From Bugula neritina (Eukaryota; Animalia; Bryozoa): a stretch of 64,000 nt of DNA. Shown piece by piece: positions 63,602 to 64,000 of the stretch. Position 1 is the stretch's first letter. Every line of letters begins with the position of its first letter. The stretch spans positions 5,922,741 through 5,986,740 of the forward strand of contig OZ037768.1 in the NCBI GenBank assembly GCA_964035545.1, written 5' to 3'. The notes beneath the pieces are model-generated. The model was not told the DNA's origin. It saw only the letters and a program-made list of their open reading frames with translations, and searched no databases. The position numbers and the translations under genes were made by a program.

Positions 63602-64000
63602 GACTTTTAACTTGCCAACTGAATAGCACCATCAGGATACCCCCTTATAAAAAGAATCATAAGCAAGTAACAACCTGAAGAATTATAAGCTATAACATTT
63701 TGCATGAATTATTTAGCTGATAAAGGCCACTATAATGTTGAACTCAAAGAAGCAAAAAAACATATGGATTCAACTCTATAACTAGTTTAAGCAATTATCA
63801 ACTTACTTACTTTTCAAAGTGCTTCTAAAATATGCATGTAATGCATGGTTAAAAAGCAAAATACAAAGAAAATAATTATCATTTAGAAAAGAAGGCTAAG
63901 ACTATAAGACAAGGCTAACTGGTGTCAAAGTTGTGGAAGTTCTGATAGACTGCATAATGTTCATAACTTTACCATAATTCACTTTAATACAAAACCATGG

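Overview
AT-rich, intron-rich animal (invertebrate-like) genomic DNA; the species cannot be identified from sequence alone. Gene order: 3' half of PMS2 (+); an intronless class A GPCR (+); NUDCD3 (-); an unrecognised spliced gene (+); three tandem cytosolic sulfotransferase genes (-); NEK11 (+); BRAP (-). The unrecognised gene has a coding exon split by a very recent full-length 7.4-kb Ty3/Gypsy LTR retrotransposon (-), with 305-bp LTRs differing at 1 base, an ATAT target-site duplication (TSD) and a tRNA-Leu primer-binding site. Main points of interest: (1) the element carries a third ORF in the env position encoding a non-membrane protein with an acidic N-terminus, two zinc fingers, a basic patch and a coiled coil, resembling a transcription factor; (2) a -1 frameshift signal (G_TTA_AAC plus a 10-bp GC stem) whose frame reaches pol only if a G9 run is really G8; (3) a BRAP 3' splice site tandemly amplified 18 times; (4) a U12-type intron in NEK11 holding an internally deleted RTE LINE with a 15-bp TSD. 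Exon boundaries were read by eye and are approximate.
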